Of a stretch of 64,000 nucleotides of DNA, positions 35,104 to 45,557 are shown piece by piece (within the stretch, counting starts at the first letter, position 1; the number at the start of each line of letters is the position of its first letter). Under the pieces are notes generated by a model. The model saw only the letters and a list, made by a program, of their open reading frames with translations. It was not told where the DNA came from and did no database searches. A program made the translations under genes and the position numbers. This DNA comes from an uncultured Planctomycetaceae bacterium (GTDB taxonomy: Bacteria > Planctomycetota > Planctomycetia > Planctomycetales > Planctomycetaceae): contig CAWFGE010000012.1 in the NCBI GenBank assembly GCA_963815195.1, positions 352,001 to 416,000 of the forward strand. The letters are read 5' to 3'.

Positions 35104-36276
35104 ATGATGATGGGCAATTCTCGAAGCATTGGTTGCGGACTATTTGTGGCGATTTTGTTGTCCGCGGGGATTTCCGTTCGCGCGGAAGAAGAAGCCAAAC
35201 CGAAACAACCGAAAGCCGACCATATTCAACTGGCGGTTTTGCTCGACACGTCCAACAGCATGGATGGGCTGATCAACCAGGCCCGCACGCAGCTTTGGAA
35301 AATCGTCAACGAACTCGCCACCGCCAAGCGAAACGGCCAATCGCCCCAACTCGAGGTCGCCCTCTACGAATACGGCAAACCGTCGCTCGGCAAGGAGACC
35401 GGCTACCTCCGGCAGATTGTGCCGCTGACCGATGATCTCGACAAGATCTCCGAGGAACTGTTCGCCCTTACGACCAACGGCGGCGAAGAGTATTGCGGCC
35501 AGGTCATTCAAGCCGCGACCAAGGGACTCAAATGGTCGGAATCGAACGACGATTTGAAATTGATCTTCATCGCCGGGAACGAAGCGTTTTCGCAAGGCGG
35601 CGTGGATTACAAGACCGCCTGCTCCGCGGCGATTGCCAAGGGGATCTCCGTCAACACGATTTTCTGCGGCGCCAAACAGGAAGGCATCCAGACGGGCTGG
35701 GAAGACGGGGCGAAACTGGCGGACGGGTCGTTTTTGAACATCGACCAGAACCAGAAAGTCGCAGAAATCACAACGCCTTTCGATGAAAAACTCACCAAAT
35801 TGAGTTCCGAAATCAACGAAACTTACCTGGCGTTCGGCTCCGCCGAGAACCGCAAAAAAGTCGCCGAGCGGCAAGTCGCCCAGGACCGCCTGGCGAAAGC
35901 CGCCGCTCCCGCCGCGGGCGCGGAACGGGCCGCGTTCAAAGGATCAGGCCAATACCGGGTCGGCGGCTTTGACCTGGTGAACGCCCTCGCCGACGGCAAG
36001 GTGAAGCTCAAAGACGTCAAAGACGAGGAACTGCCGGAGGAACTCAAGAAGATGTCCCTCAAAGAGCGGGAAGCCTACATCGAAAAGAAAAAGACCGAGC
36101 GGGAAAAGATCCAAAAGGAGATCCAGCAACTCGGCCAAAAGCGTAAAGAGTACATCGCGAAAAAACAGCGGGAAGAAGCCGAGAAATCCGGCAAGGGCGA
36201 AGTGAACACCCTGGACGCCGCGGTCATCCAAGCCCTCCGCGACCAGGCGAAGAAAAAGAAGTTTGAGTTGAAGTGA
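35104..36276 (+). CDS. Secreted vWA-domain protein with a charged helical C-terminus
   Basis: Signal peptide; MIDAS motif LLDTSNSM; TNGGEE and IFIAGNE. Confidence 0.85.
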   Translation: MMMGNSRSIGCGLFVAILLSAGISVRAEEEAKPKQPKADHIQLAVLLDTSNSMDGLINQARTQLWKIVNELATAKRNGQSPQLEVALYEYGKPSLGKETGYLRQIVPLTDDLDKISEELFALTTNGGEEYCGQVIQAATKGLKWSESNDDLKLIFIAGNEAFSQGGVDYKTACSAAIAKGISVNTIFCGAKQEGIQTGWEDGAKLADGSFLNIDQNQKVAEITTPFDEKLTKLSSEINETYLAFGSAENRKKVAERQVAQDRLAKAAAPAAGAERAAFKGSGQYRVGGFDLVNALADGKVKLKDVKDEELPEELKKMSLKEREAYIEKKKTEREKIQKEIQQLGQKRKEYIAKKQREEAEKSGKGEVNTLDAAVIQALRDQAKKKKFELK

Positions 36277-36283
36277 GCCGAAA

Positions 36284-36321
36284 AAACAAATGGCCGGCGA
36301 TTTTCCGCCGGCCATTTGTTT
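36284..36321. terminator. Bidirectional intrinsic terminator
   Basis: 16-bp stem AAACAAATGGCCGGCG / CGCCGGCCATTTGTTT between convergent genes. Confidence 0.85.
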
Positions 36322-36327
36322 CAAACT

Positions 36328-37666
36328 CTATCCCTTGGCCGGCCGGAACGCTCGCTGGAGTTCTTCCAGCGAGGTGATTCCCTCGGCCACGAGTCTTAAA
36401 CCTTCTTTCTGAGTGGTCTGCATGCCGAGCTTGCGGACTTGGGATTTGATGGCGGCATAGGGGGGATTGGTGCCCAGGAACTCTTTGAGGTCGCTATTCA
36501 CCTCCACCATTTCGTACATCCCCGTCCGCCCCACGTAGCCCACGTCGCCGCAGGTTTCGCAGGGTTCCAGGTCCTCTTCGGTCACGTCGGGGTCGTCGGG
36601 ATCGGGCGGAGTCCGCGGGCGATAGAGCAGCTTGGTCTCCGGCGGCAGGCCGATTTTCTGCAGCAGCTTGGGATGCGGCCGGTACGCTTCCTTGCAGGTC
36701 ACGCAGAGCTTGCGAATAAGCTTGGTGCTGATCGACAGGCTCAGTTTTTTGGCGACTTCGTCCATCGAACCGACCCACTCGGCCAACTGCAAAATGCCGT
36801 GCACGGCATCCTTGGCGGGGGCTTCGCAAATCATCGCGGTCTTGTCGAGCCTCCGCGAACACCTCCTTGGCGCGGTCGGCGTCTTTGATGGGATTGATGT
36901 AGATCACGTCGGCTTCGAGCCGCTTCATCCGCATGACGGTGGTGGCGAAATCGTCGCCTTCCTTCGCCTGGAACGGCGTGACGTTCGGTAGATCGCGACC
37001 GCCCATGTCCGCCAGGCTGAAGCAGCTGTAAAGATAAACATCTACCGACCGCATCACCGCCCGCGAAGTGGTTGTCACGCCGGAATACGGCGGCCCGCAA
37101 ACCAAAATCAACCCCTGGCCTTGGGCGGCGTATTCGCGGATCTTCTCGCGCATCTCCGGCGAGAAGCCCAAATCGTTGGGCGTTTCCAGAATCTTCTTGG
37201 CGTTCTGGATATTGATCGTCAGCCGCTCCGCCCCCCCGCCCGCGGGTTCGCTCGCGACGTTGAGCAGATAGGGGGTCTCCTCGAACTCCGCTTTCACGCC
37301 GCCCGACTGCGGTTTGGCGCGTTCTTTGATGTCGAGCCCGCTCAAGAGCTTGATCATCTGCGTGACGGCGAGCGCCTGTTGCCGGGCCAGCTGCCCGCCG
37401 GGATACGCGATCCCGTCGATCATCAGCACGACGCGCACGGCCTGGCCTTTAGGCTCGAGGCGGACGCGCTCCGCCCGCCTGGAGATGGCGTCGGTGATCA
37501 GCTCTTTCGCAGGAATCAACCCCACCTGGGCGAGCCGGGCGTTCGCGGCCAGATCGACTTCATTTCCGTTGAAAGCCCCCTGAAAGAGGACATAATCTAT
37601 CTCTTCTTCGTCCTCTTCCTCATCGTCAAAATCGTCTTCTTCATCGCGTCGTCTGCGGAAAATCAC
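36328..37666 (-). CDS. GspE/PilB-like ATPase homologue with degenerate Walker motifs; frameshift near 36850
   Basis: IDG, KLLSGLDIKERAKPQSG, GLILVCGPPYSGVTTT, LIRKLCVTC...CETC...GYVGRTGMYE and GITSLEELQR. Confidence 0.8.
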
Positions 37667-37775
37667 GGACGTGTCCTCTTCATGGATAAACGGCTATTTC
37701 TCCCAAAACCTATTTTCTCAGTTCGCTCCGGGAAAGCCAACCCGCGAACCGGAAAAAACGGCGAGACGCGCAGGA

Positions 37776-38664
37776 TCATAAGAGGCCGTACGCCGTGAGC
37801 GATTTGGCGAGGCTGTCGCGCTGGGACTTGTCGAGGGGCGTCATCGGCAGCCGCAGTTCGCCGGTGTCCCGGCCCAACAGCTCCATCGCGGTTTTGATCG
37901 GAATGGGATTGGTCGCGAGGCCCAACAGATCCCGGCACAACGGAAACAGCCGGTAATGCCACTTTTGAGCCTCCGCGAGATTCCCCGCCGCGAACGCATC
38001 CAAGAGGGCCTTCACATCCTTGGGCACGATATTCCCCACGACCGACACGACGCCGCTGCCTCCGAGCGCCAGCAGCGGCAGCGTGAGGCTGTCGTCGCCG
38101 GAAAGAATCGTGAGGTCGCTATTCGCGAGGATCTGCGAGGCCTGATCCATCGAGCCGGTGGATTCTTTGACAGCGACGATGTTCCGGATTTCGCCCAGGC
38201 GGATGATCGTTTCCGGCTCCATGTTCTTCGCCGTCCGGCCGGGGATATTATAGAGCACGATCGGCAGATCCACTTCCGCGGCGACGGCTTTGAAGTGCTC
38301 GTAGAAGCCTTCCTGCGTCGGCTTGTTGTAATAAGGAGCGACCATCAGCGCCCCGTCGGCCCCGGCGGATTGGGCGGACTTGGTCAGGCGGATCGCTTCG
38401 CGGGTGCTGTTGGAGCCGGTGCCCGCCATGACTTTGATCCGCCCGGCCGCCTGCTCGCAGACCACCGCGATCACCCGCTCGTGCTCTTCATGCGACATGC
38501 GTGGGGCTTTCGCCGGTCGTCCCCACCGGGCTGACGCAATCGGTCCCCGCTTCCACATGATAATCCACGAGTTTCCGCAGCGCGGCCTCATCGATTTCCC
38601 CATCGCGAAACGGCGTCACCAACGCGACCGTCAGTCCCGCAAACTGCTCACCCTTTCGAGCCAT
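37776..38664 (-). CDS. dapA: 4-hydroxy-tetrahydrodipicolinate synthase; frameshift near 38500-38530
   Basis: [42 protein letters not shown] and NPIPIK. Confidence 0.93.
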
Positions 38665-38700
38665 CTTGTCCCTTTTGACGTTTTAGCGACCGAATGAAAC

Positions 38701-38740
38701 TGGGGGGCTGATACCCGGGCTGATACCCCCCGCTCGCCTT
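38701..38740 (-). repeat. REP-like element, family 3 variant
   Basis: Reverse complement AAGGCGAGCGGGGGGTATCAGCCC..., with an internal GGGCTGATACCC duplication. Confidence 0.6.
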
Positions 38741-38756
38741 GCTTTCTGATCTTCGA

Positions 38757-39674
38757 TTAGCGGTTTTTCCAATCCACGTTCGCCATCTGAGCGAGCGCCA
38801 ATTGCAACGCGTGCGTGCCGTCGCGGCCGTGGCCGTTGGCTTGAACCGAGAGATAAAGCTGATGGGCCAGGGCCAACCCCGGCAGACAGAGGCCCATCCG
38901 TTTGGCTTCCGTCAAAGCGATGCCCATGTCTTTGATGAAATGCTCCACGAAGAAGCCGGGATCGAAATTGTTGTCCATAATCCGCGGCCCCAGGTTCGAC
39001 AGCGACCAGCTTCCCGCCGCCCCGCTGCTGACGGACAGCATCACCGTCGGCAAATCCAGCCCGGCTTTGTAGCCGTAGAGCAACGCTTCGCAGACGCCGA
39101 TCATTCCGGAGGCAATCAACGTTTGATTGACCATCTTGGTATGCTGCCCGGCTCCCGGTCCGCCTTGATAGACCACCGTTTTGCCCATCGCATCCCAGCA
39201 CGGTTGGAGGGCTTTGACGACATCTCGATCGCCGCCGATCATGATCGACAGCGTCCCGCTTTTCGCTCCGACATCGCCGCCGGAGACCGGGGCGTCGATG
39301 CTGGAAACGCCTTTATGTTTCGCGGCGTCGGCGATTTCGACGGCGAGCGAGGGTTCGCTGGTGGTCATGTCCACGAGCACGTTCCCGGCTTTGCAGCCCG
39401 CAAGGGCCCCATTTTCGCCGAGCATCACGGCCCGCACGTCCACCGGAAACCCGACGATGGCGAAGATCACGTCCGCGGCTTCGGCGACGGCTTTGGGGGA
39501 ATCGGCCCACGCTGCGCCCTTGGACAAAACGCCCTCGGCTTTGGATTTGTTCCGCGTGTAAACCGTGGCCTGAAACCCGGCGTCGATCAAATGGCCCACC
39601 ATGCTCGAGCCCATCACGCCGGTGCCGATCCAGCCAATGTTCGTCTTTCCGGGAGCAATCGTCGGTGCAGTCAT
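38757..39674 (-). CDS. NAD(P)-dependent beta-hydroxyacid dehydrogenase (3-hydroxyisobutyrate / tartronate semialdehyde reductase family)
   Basis: [28 protein letters not shown] and FIKDMGIA. Confidence 0.9.
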   Translation of the reverse strand: MTAPTIAPGKTNIGWIGTGVMGSSMVGHLIDAGFQATVYTRNKSKAEGVLSKGAAWADSPKAVAEAADVIFAIVGFPVDVRAVMLGENGALAGCKAGNVLVDMTTSEPSLAVEIADAAKHKGVSSIDAPVSGGDVGAKSGTLSIMIGGDRDVVKALQPCWDAMGKTVVYQGGPGAGQHTKMVNQTLIASGMIGVCEALLYGYKAGLDLPTVMLSVSSGAAGSWSLSNLGPRIMDNNFDPGFFVEHFIKDMGIALTEAKRMGLCLPGLALAHQLYLSVQANGHGRDGTHALQLALAQMANVDWKNR

Positions 39675-39916
39675 CGTGCTTCTATTCCTCTTCTGTTGCA
39701 GGTTCACCGAGAGGGAAATCGTCGTCGTTTGCGGGGTCTGGCCCAAACGACCCGCAGTATATCGGATGCCCTTCCGCAAGTCACCCGTGAGGCGAACGCG
39801 ATCACGCACCTGCAAAACTCATGCGAAATCGACGACCGGCATCGATGAAGAAGCGGCTGGGTGAGCGATTCGATCTCCGCGACGAGCTGCAAAGCCAATG
39901 CGCCGGTTTCCCGGAT

Positions 39917-40414
39917 TCATTTCACTTCCAGGTCGATGGCCGAGAAGTGTTCGTGGTCGCTTTGGCTGTTTTGGGTCTCGACGCGCACGAGATAGATGCC
40001 CGGCTCGTCAATGCGGAATTTCAATCTCGCCCCGGCCCGGCCTTTGGGTTTGAAATTCAAAGTGGCCTTGCCTTGGGTGACGACGCCTTTGCTGAGTTTG
40101 GGCACGCTTTTAACGCTGAACTTTCCGGTGCGGACCACGAAGTATCGCACGGTGACATTTTTGATGACTTCGTGCGGATAGACGTTGGTCAGGACGAACT
40201 GCATCACGAGGGGATCGCCGGTCTGGACCGTCAAGCGGCGCCGGGGATTGACGCCGCCGGGCGGCGGTTCCTCGTCGGCGAAGGCCTCCTGCTTGTCCTT
40301 CGGGCCGATCACCCGCAGGTCGATCGCCGAATGCTCGGCCCAAGCGACGGACGGAACCACGATTCCTGCAAAGAGAAGCCACAGCGGGCGGCGAAACACC
40401 TTGGAACGGATCAT
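39917..40414 (-). CDS. Exported hypothetical protein, paralogue B
   Basis: Signal peptide (AWA-E); NFKP...EPGIYLVRVET...HEHFSAIDLEVK; start overlaps the upstream stop (ATGA). Confidence 0.7.
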   Translation of the reverse strand: MIRSKVFRRPLWLLFAGIVVPSVAWAEHSAIDLRVIGPKDKQEAFADEEPPPGGVNPRRRLTVQTGDPLVMQFVLTNVYPHEVIKNVTVRYFVVRTGKFSVKSVPKLSKGVVTQGKATLNFKPKGRAGARLKFRIDEPGIYLVRVETQNSQSDHEHFSAIDLEVK

Positions 40415-40998
40415 TTCTCTTTCCCCCCTGTCTTCGCCTGTTTGACGACCAGATCCATGGCGGCGTAGTGATCGTGCCCGTGGGGTTTTTCCATGCCCAC
40501 GGTTTCCACGCGCAGCAGATAACTGCCGGGGTCGTGGATTTTCAGCGTCCACTGCCAGTCCGCAGCGTCGCCCGGCTTGAAATCCATGGTCAGCGCGCCT
40601 TCGTAGGTCACGTCCTGGGTGAGCTGGGGCACCTCGGCCTGGCCGGTCTTTTTCTCCTGGACCACGAAAAAATGCACGAGCACATCCTCGAATGTCTCGG
40701 ATTGGCTTGTGTTTTTCGCATGCCAGGACACGCGCACGGCCTCGCCCCGGTCGAGTTCGACGATCGGCCGGTTCGGAGGCTTTTTCGCCGGCAACGTTTC
40801 CACGGTTTCTTTCGTGGAGACGGAATCCTTCTTCCCGGAAGCGGGCTCCTTCGGGACGTTGGCATCTTTTTTCGCGGAGACCGCCGGAACGCTGCGATCG
40901 ACCTTCAACGTGAATTGAAAATCGTCCGCCAGGACCGGTGTTATTCCGGTAAAAATGAGGCCGGCGAAAGCAATGAGTTTCGCGAGAAAACGGATCAT
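40411..40998 (-). CDS. Exported hypothetical protein, paralogue A
   Basis: Signal peptide (VLA-D); DFKP...DPGSYLLRVET...HDHYAAMDLVVK. Confidence 0.7.
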   Translation of the reverse strand: MIRFLAKLIAFAGLIFTGITPVLADDFQFTLKVDRSVPAVSAKKDANVPKEPASGKKDSVSTKETVETLPAKKPPNRPIVELDRGEAVRVSWHAKNTSQSETFEDVLVHFFVVQEKKTGQAEVPQLTQDVTYEGALTMDFKPGDAADWQWTLKIHDPGSYLLRVETVGMEKPHGHDHYAAMDLVVKQAKTGGKEK

Positions 40999-41274
40999 CG
41001 GCTCCTCCCGTATCGAGCAAATGGTCTCGGCGCTCGGCGATGCGCGAGCAACACAACAATTCTACAGGATCTGGTCCCGGAACGATACGGCGGGGCGAAG
41101 CACTCTGAGCTCAACAGGATTTCTTTCGGCCCTCGGTCGAATCTTCTTCCGGGCAGGCGTATCATGGGAACTCGCATGTTGAGATGCTTGACCGTTTGAA
41201 ACGTGCGCCGTGACGCTCGCGTTTCTGCCCGGATTTTCTGCCCCGGATAAAGGATGGCCATCAAGGATCCAAGA

Positions 41275-42852
41275 ATGAATGGGACCGTCAAAAGCGATAT
41301 GTTCTGCGGGCTGATCGTGGCTCTGTTGGCGGTCCCTGCTCACGCGGAGCGGCCGAACGTCGTGCTGATCCTCGCCGACGATCTCGGCTATGGGGATGTC
41401 CGGTGCTACAACTCGGAATCGAAGATTCCCACGCCTCACTTGGATCGGCTGGCGTCGCAGGGGCTGCGGTTCACCAATGCGCACAGCCCGTCCACGGTCT
41501 GCACGCCGTCCCGCTACAGCATCATGACCGGGCGGATGTGTTTTCGCACCGGCTATCGCGGGGTGTTCACCGGAGTGGGCGGACCGTCCTTAATCGAAGC
41601 GGGGCGGCTGACGCTGCCGCAAATGCTCAAAAACCAGGGCTACGCGACCGCGTGCGTGGGCAAGTGGCACATCGGGCTGACGTTCTTCACCAAGGCCGGC
41701 CTTCCCGCTTACCAAGCGAAAGTCGATGCGAAACGTCCTCAGGACTGGCGCGACGGCGGGCCGGACCTCGAGCGCGTGCGGATGGTCGATTTCACGAAGC
41801 CGATCTCGGATGGGCCGATCCACCGCGGGTTTGATTTCTTCTTCGGGACGGCCTGCTGCCCGGGCACGGACTGGCTTTATGCCTACATCGAGCAAGACCG
41901 CGTGCGGACGCCGCCGACTTCGCCGTTGGATCGCGCTTCGCTGCCCAAGCATGCGTATTCGCACGACAATCGGCGAGGGCTGATTTCACCGGGCTTCGAT
42001 CTCGAAAAGATCGACCTTGCGTTTCTCCAAAAGAGCAAGAACTGGCTGAAGCAGCATGTCCAGGAGCATCCGACCCAGCCGTTCTTCTTGTTCCATTCGA
42101 TGCAGGCGGTGCATCTGCCATCATTCCCGGCGGACGAGTTCCAGGGCAAAACCAGCGCGGGGCCGCATGGCGATTTTATCGGCGAGATGGATTTCATCGT
42201 CGGGGAGTTGCTAAAGACATTGGAGCGATTGGGCGTCGCCGACAACACGGTGGTGATGTTGACTTCGGACAACGGGCCGGAGGTCACGACGGTGGTCAAC
42301 ATGCGCCGCGATCACCGCCACGATGGGGCCCGGCCGTGGCGTGGCATGAAGCGGGACGACTGGGAAGGCGGGCACCGCGTTCCGCTGATCGTCCGCTGGC
42401 CGGGGCGGATCAAACCGGGATCGACGAGCGATGAGCTGACGAGCCTCACCGATCTCATGGCGACCTGCGGAGCAATCGTGGGAGCCGACTTGCCGAATGA
42501 TGCCGCGGAAGACAGTTACAACATGCTGCCGGTCTGGCTCGGCATGCAAGGGAACGATCCCGTGAGGCCGTATTTGCTCGAGCAGACGATTTCGCTGGCT
42601 CTGTCGATCCGGCAGGGACGCTGGAAGCTGCTGGACCACCAGGGCTCCGGTGGCAACAATTATGAGCGCAATGCCACTCTCCGCCCCTACGCGCTGCCGG
42701 AATTGGCCCCCAAAGCCCCGGGCCAGCTTTACGACCTGGCGGCCGATCCGGGCGAAACTCGCAACTTGTATTTTGAGCAGCCGGAGATTGTCGCCCAACT
42801 CAAGAAAATGCTGGAAGAATCCAAATCCAGCGGCCGCAGCCGTCCGAAATAG
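41275..42852 (+). CDS. Arylsulfatase (formylglycine-dependent)
   Basis: RPNVVLILADDLGYGD, CTPSR, GKWH, SDNG, WEGGHRVP and LYDLAADPGE. Confidence 0.93.
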   Translation: MNGTVKSDMFCGLIVALLAVPAHAERPNVVLILADDLGYGDVRCYNSESKIPTPHLDRLASQGLRFTNAHSPSTVCTPSRYSIMTGRMCFRTGYRGVFTGVGGPSLIEAGRLTLPQMLKNQGYATACVGKWHIGLTFFTKAGLPAYQAKVDAKRPQDWRDGGPDLERVRMVDFTKPISDGPIHRGFDFFFGTACCPGTDWLYAYIEQDRVRTPPTSPLDRASLPKHAYSHDNRRGLISPGFDLEKIDLAFLQKSKNWLKQHVQEHPTQPFFLFHSMQAVHLPSFPADEFQGKTSAGPHGDFIGEMDFIVGELLKTLERLGVADNTVVMLTSDNGPEVTTVVNMRRDHRHDGARPWRGMKRDDWEGGHRVPLIVRWPGRIKPGSTSDELTSLTDLMATCGAIVGADLPNDAAEDSYNMLPVWLGMQGNDPVRPYLLEQTISLALSIRQGRWKLLDHQGSGGNNYERNATLRPYALPELAPKAPGQLYDLAADPGETRNLYFEQPEIVAQLKKMLEESKSSGRSRPK

Positions 42853-42945
42853 AAGCGGACATTCTCGGTCGAAAGGCGATTGAGACTGCATCCGGGCTGC
42901 CGTACAATGAAATCAGTGTGCGCAGTTTTGCGAGTTTTCTCGGGC

Positions 42946-43042
42946 AAATCCGAAGCACGAAATCCCAAATCCGAATGTCCCCAAACAATACCCTCCCAAA
43001 ACGCGCACCCGACTTGCGGGGTTTGGAGATTGGAATTTCGGT
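42946..43042. repeat. Heptamer-type inverted repeat, family 5
   Basis: AAATCCGAAGCACGAAATCCCAAATCCGAAT ... TTTGGAGATTGGAATTTCGG. Confidence 0.6.
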
Positions 43043-43108
43043 CATTGCCGCGGAATCGCGCACGTTGATTTAACAAAAAAAACCATCCCCAGTTCCCGGT
43101 GTCTCGCC

Positions 43109-44239
43109 ATGCGGTTTCGAAATTCGTCCACGCCTCCTCCCTATTTCAATCGCACCGATCAACTCCGCATGCTGCGGATGGTGGGGCTGTTGGCGCTCGT
43201 GGTGTTTGGGATGAAGCTCGCGGCCGACCCCGCCATGTGGAAGTGGCTGTTCTCCGGCGGCCCCGAGAAACAGGCGCAAACGGAAAAGCCGTCTGAAAGC
43301 AAAGACAAAGACATCGACCGCAGTTTGAAGTTCGATGAGGACTCCCCGCTGACGGGAGACGCCTTCCGGTCGCGAAAGGCCGGTGCTCCCCGGCCGGCCG
43401 TCGCAGAAGCGTCCCCCCATCGCAAAGACGCAGGCTCTTCGGCCGGGAAGCCGCAAGCTCGCGTCGGCGATCATGTTGTCGAGATCGATCCGGACATCCT
43501 GGCCCCGATCACCGACAACAAGGTGGGCATCCGCCGGGAAGAGGCTCATGCGTACTACGCCGTGATCGCCAAGGCCCGGGACATTCCCTTGCCCCGTTTG
43601 GAACAGGCCGGCCGGCAGGAGGATTACACGGTGCTGCTCGCGGACGCGGAGCAATTCCGAGGTCTCCCGATTACGATCGAAGGCACGATTCGCCGGCTCA
43701 ACAAGATCTCCGTTCCCGATAAAGCCGTGTGGGAGGAATTCGGCCTCGATCAACTTTACGAAGCCTGGATGTTTACCGCCTCTTCGGGAACCCGGCCGTA
43801 CCGCGTGCTCTGCACGAGCCTGCCCGAAGGCATTCCCACGGGCGATCAAATCGACGTTCCCGCCCGGTTCACCGGCTACTTCTTCAAAGCCGAATGGTAC
43901 GAATCCGTGGGCGGACTCCAGAAAGCCCCGCTGCTTATCGGCAAGACCATTCGCTGGGAGCGGCCGATCGCGGCGTCCGGTTCCCAGTCGGCCGACGATT
44001 TGGGGCTGGCTCCTTATGTCATCGGCCTGGCGGTTCTGGTCGCCTTGGGATTGGCGCTCATGATTTGGCGGTTTAATGCCAGTGACAAGCAATTCGGCCA
44101 TCAGCACATCGATCACTTTACCGCCGCCAGCCCGGCCGCGATTCAGGAGCTCCAAAACCTGGAGACCAGCGACCCGCGCGACCTCTTCCGCCAGATGGAA
44201 GCCGAAGCCCTCGCCGCGGAAGCGGAACACGAGGATTGA
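43109..44239 (+). CDS. Planctomycete hypothetical membrane protein (TM segments near both termini)
   Basis: 376-aa ORF; FRGLPITIEG, FTGYFFK and APLLIG. Confidence 0.65.
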   Translation: MRFRNSSTPPPYFNRTDQLRMLRMVGLLALVVFGMKLAADPAMWKWLFSGGPEKQAQTEKPSESKDKDIDRSLKFDEDSPLTGDAFRSRKAGAPRPAVAEASPHRKDAGSSAGKPQARVGDHVVEIDPDILAPITDNKVGIRREEAHAYYAVIAKARDIPLPRLEQAGRQEDYTVLLADAEQFRGLPITIEGTIRRLNKISVPDKAVWEEFGLDQLYEAWMFTASSGTRPYRVLCTSLPEGIPTGDQIDVPARFTGYFFKAEWYESVGGLQKAPLLIGKTIRWERPIAASGSQSADDLGLAPYVIGLAVLVALGLALMIWRFNASDKQFGHQHIDHFTAASPAAIQELQNLETSDPRDLFRQMEAEALAAEAEHED

Positions 44240-44263
44240 CGAAGGGATCACTCGAAAAACTTA

Positions 44264-44327
44264 ATCAGCCGCAGGGCGCTAGCCCCGGTTCACGGGAGAA
44301 CCGGACCCGCGCGCGTTCCGGCTGATC
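44264..44327 (+). repeat. REP doublet (family 1 plus inverted variant)
   Basis: ATCAGCCGCAGGGCGCTAGCCCCGGTTC...GAACCGGACCCGCGCGCGTTCCGGCTGAT. Confidence 0.75.
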
Positions 44328-44348
44328 GCAAGAAGGTGAAAAGGCCTG

Positions 44349-45460
44349 ATGGCGCGTGAGGAAATCTTTGCGGCGAGTTTGGACTTTTTCTTGAGTCCGA
44401 TTGCGCCCTATCTGCATGATGACACCGTGACCGAGGTGATGGTCAACGGGTTCGATGAGGTTTATATCGAACGCCAAGGCCGGCTGGAGGAAACGGATGC
44501 CCGGTTTCCCAGCGAGGATGCGCTCCTCTCGGCGGTGCATAATGTGGCCCAATACGTGGGGCGGGAGATTGATGCGGACCGGCCGGTGCTCGATGCCCGG
44601 CTCCCGGACGGCTCGCGGGTGCATGCCGTCGTTCCGCCGAGCGCCCGCCGGGGCACGTATTTGACGATCCGCAAATTCCTCCGCGACATCCTGGGGCTGG
44701 AGGATTTCGTGCGGATGGGCAGCCTGTCCGAATCCGCCAGGGAGTTTTTGGAACTCTGCGTCCGGCTGCGGAAGAACATCGTCGTCTCCGGCGGCACGGG
44801 CACGGGCAAAACCACCTTCCTCAATGCGCTCTCCACCGCGATTCCCGAAGAGGAACGCATCGTGGTCATCGAGGACAGCTCCGAACTCCGGCTCTCGCAG
44901 AAACATTGCCTGTATCTCGAATCGCAGCAGGCCGACGCCTACGGCCGCGGGGCGCTGCACGATTCGGGACTTGTTCAAAGCCTCGCTGCGGATGCGGCCG
45001 GACCGGATCATCGTAGGCGAAGTCCGCAGCGGCGAAGCGCTCGACATGGTGCAGTCCATGATCAGCGGGCACTCCGGCAGCATGACCACCGTGCACGCCA
45101 ACTCGGCCCACGATGCGATGGTCCGGCTGGAAACCTTGTCGCTGATGTCCGATGTCGAACTGCCCGTGTACGTGGCCCGCGCAGGTGGCCTCCGCGATCG
45201 AACTGGTCGTGCAGCTCACGCGGTACGCGGAGGACGGCTCGCGAAAAGTCAGCCGGATCACCGAATGCCGGCGTCTGGACGAGCGCGACCGCTTCCAGTT
45301 TGCGGACTTGTTCGTGTCGCACCTCACCGGCCGCACGGCCCAAGGCCAATTGATCGCAGAGCTTCTGCCGACGGGCGAGAAGCCCTTGTTCTCGAAGGAA
45401 GCCGCCGAGCACGGTTTGCAGAATCAAATCCGCCACTCGGCCGGTTTGTGGGACCGTTGA
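44349..45460 (+). CDS. cpaF: CpaF/TadA-family pilus assembly ATPase; frameshifts near 44955 and 45180
   Basis: VTEVMVNG, DARLPDGSRV, SGGTGTGKTT, IEDSSEL, LRMRPDRIIVGEVR and TTVHAN. Confidence 0.88.
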
Positions 45461-45557
45461 ACGAAGGCGCCTTCGGCACGACCGGACTTCGTTGGGGCGG
45501 CGCGATCGGCTATGATTGGGCCGGTCGCATTGTTTTTCACTCAGCCCCGGGCTTCGC

